From: an uncultured Veillonellaceae bacterium
Lineage (GTDB): Bacteria; Bacillota; Negativicutes; Veillonellales; Dialisteraceae
Assembly: GCA_949286115.1 (NCBI GenBank)
Contig: CASEBK010000013.1
Span: 13,677 to 77,676, forward strand
Length of the DNA: 64,000 bases
Direction of reading: 5' to 3'
The translations under genes were made by a program, and so were the position numbers. Shown here piece after piece: positions 63,265 to 64,000 of the stretch (positions are counted from its first letter, which is position 1; each line of letters opens with the position of its first letter). The notes under the pieces were generated by a model. That model saw only the letters and a program-made list of their open reading frames with translations. It was not told where the DNA came from and made no database searches.

Positions 63265-64000
63265 TCACAGCCCGGCCGCAAGGCACGCCGCAGCGGAGAG
63301 GAAGTCCCGCGGCGCAAGCGCCGGCAGCGACAGCCAGAAGAGCCAGTCCGCGCCGCGGCAGGCGTTCCACGCGCGAAGCGTCGCCAGCAGGTGCCGCCGC
63401 GCCTCGTCCTGTTCTTCCTCCGTGTGCCCGCCGTAGAGAATGCGCCCAGCGTCGCTCTGCACGGTCCGCACGCCTTCCCGGAGAAGGCTGTCGTCGGCGA
63501 GGAAACGGCGCAGCTCCTCCCGCACCGCCGCCGCAAAGGACGGCCGCCCCACGGGAAGCGGAGCCTCCTCTCCCGCCTGCCACAGGCCGCGTTCGCCGTC
63601 ACCGCGAAACGTCCAGCGCGCCCCGCCGGTGAAGGAGACGGAGACGTTTTTCCCCGCGCCGATCTCATGCGCCCAGAGGAGGAGACGATAGAGATCGTCC
63701 GACGCGGGATCGAAGGAGACGGTCCGCTCCGTTCCGGAGAGCGTACGGAAGGACACGGTCTCCGCCGTCTCGTCGATGCCGATGGAGACGCGCGCCGTCA
63801 CCGCCTCGATGGGGCCGGAGCGATCGTCCCGCGGCATTTCCTCCGCAAGGGCCCCGGACGCATAGAGCGCGGCCGCGAGCTCTCCCGCCGGCCGGCAGGG
63901 ATTCTCCCGGTGGTATCCCACATCCGGCGGCCCCTGCATCTTCCGCGAGATCAGCTCCGCCCCGCGGGCGCCGAAAAATTCCTCCGCGGTGAGCGTCCGC
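63265..64000 (-). CDS. Hypothetical protein, possibly continuing past the right edge
   Basis: Track ORF 63265..63939 stays open in frame up to position 64000 (...RTLTAEEFFGARGAELISRK-MQGPP...). No recognisable motif. Confidence 0.5.
   Translation of the reverse strand, partial: RTLTAEEFFGARGAELISRKMQGPPDVGYHRENPCRPAGELAAALYASGALAEEMPRDDRSGPIEAVTARVSIGIDETAETVSFRTLSGTERTVSFDPASDDLYRLLLWAHEIGAGKNVSVSFTGGARWTFRGDGERGLWQAGEEAPLPVGRPSFAAAVREELRRFLADDSLLREGVRTVQSDAGRILYGGHTEEEQDEARRHLLATLRAWNACRGADWLFWLSLPALAPRDFLSAAACLAAGL

Overview
This is a visibly GC-rich, Firmicutes-style chromosomal core segment. Supporting marks are T-box leaders, a BofA-like gene, a SpoVD/FtsI-type PBP and an IspH-S1 fusion. 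It holds about 60 protein genes, mostly on the minus strand, in familiar housekeeping clusters: pnp; PBP-cca; coaX; rnr-smpB with secG; rlmB-yacP; phoH-ybeY-cdd-era-(CNNM)-recO; nadE; a DEAD-box helicase; rsmD-coaD; cmk-plsC-ispH/S1-der-plsY-gpsA; scpA-scpB-rluB; nrdG-nrdD; livJ and livHMGF; polA-coaE; rpsD; alaX; uraA. Three single tRNA genes, Val(GAC), Glu(CUC) and Arg(CCG), each sit behind a near-consensus sigma-A promoter. I found no CRISPR array, transposase, integrase, prophage or recognisable defence or toxin module. Many ORF-track entries are antisense shadows or upstream read-through typical of GC-rich DNA, and I re-set several starts, including TTG, GTG and one possible ATC. The most unusual feature is the regulatory RNA upstream of the split branched-chain amino acid ABC transporter. 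It has three paralogous T-box Stem I modules whose specifier positions read CUC, AUC and GUC (Leu, Ile, Val), feeding four antiterminator/terminator platforms in a non-canonical arrangement: every leader ends in two consecutive platforms and the second has no Stem I of its own. Secondary points are an NrdD with a fused C-terminal thioredoxin-fold CPNC domain, an ~830-bp structured repeat-bearing noncoding island between two tRNA genes, a terminator-like leader before a YjiH/YjiG-amidohydrolase operon, and a few unassignable proteins. All calls come from reading the sequence and translations. No database search was run.
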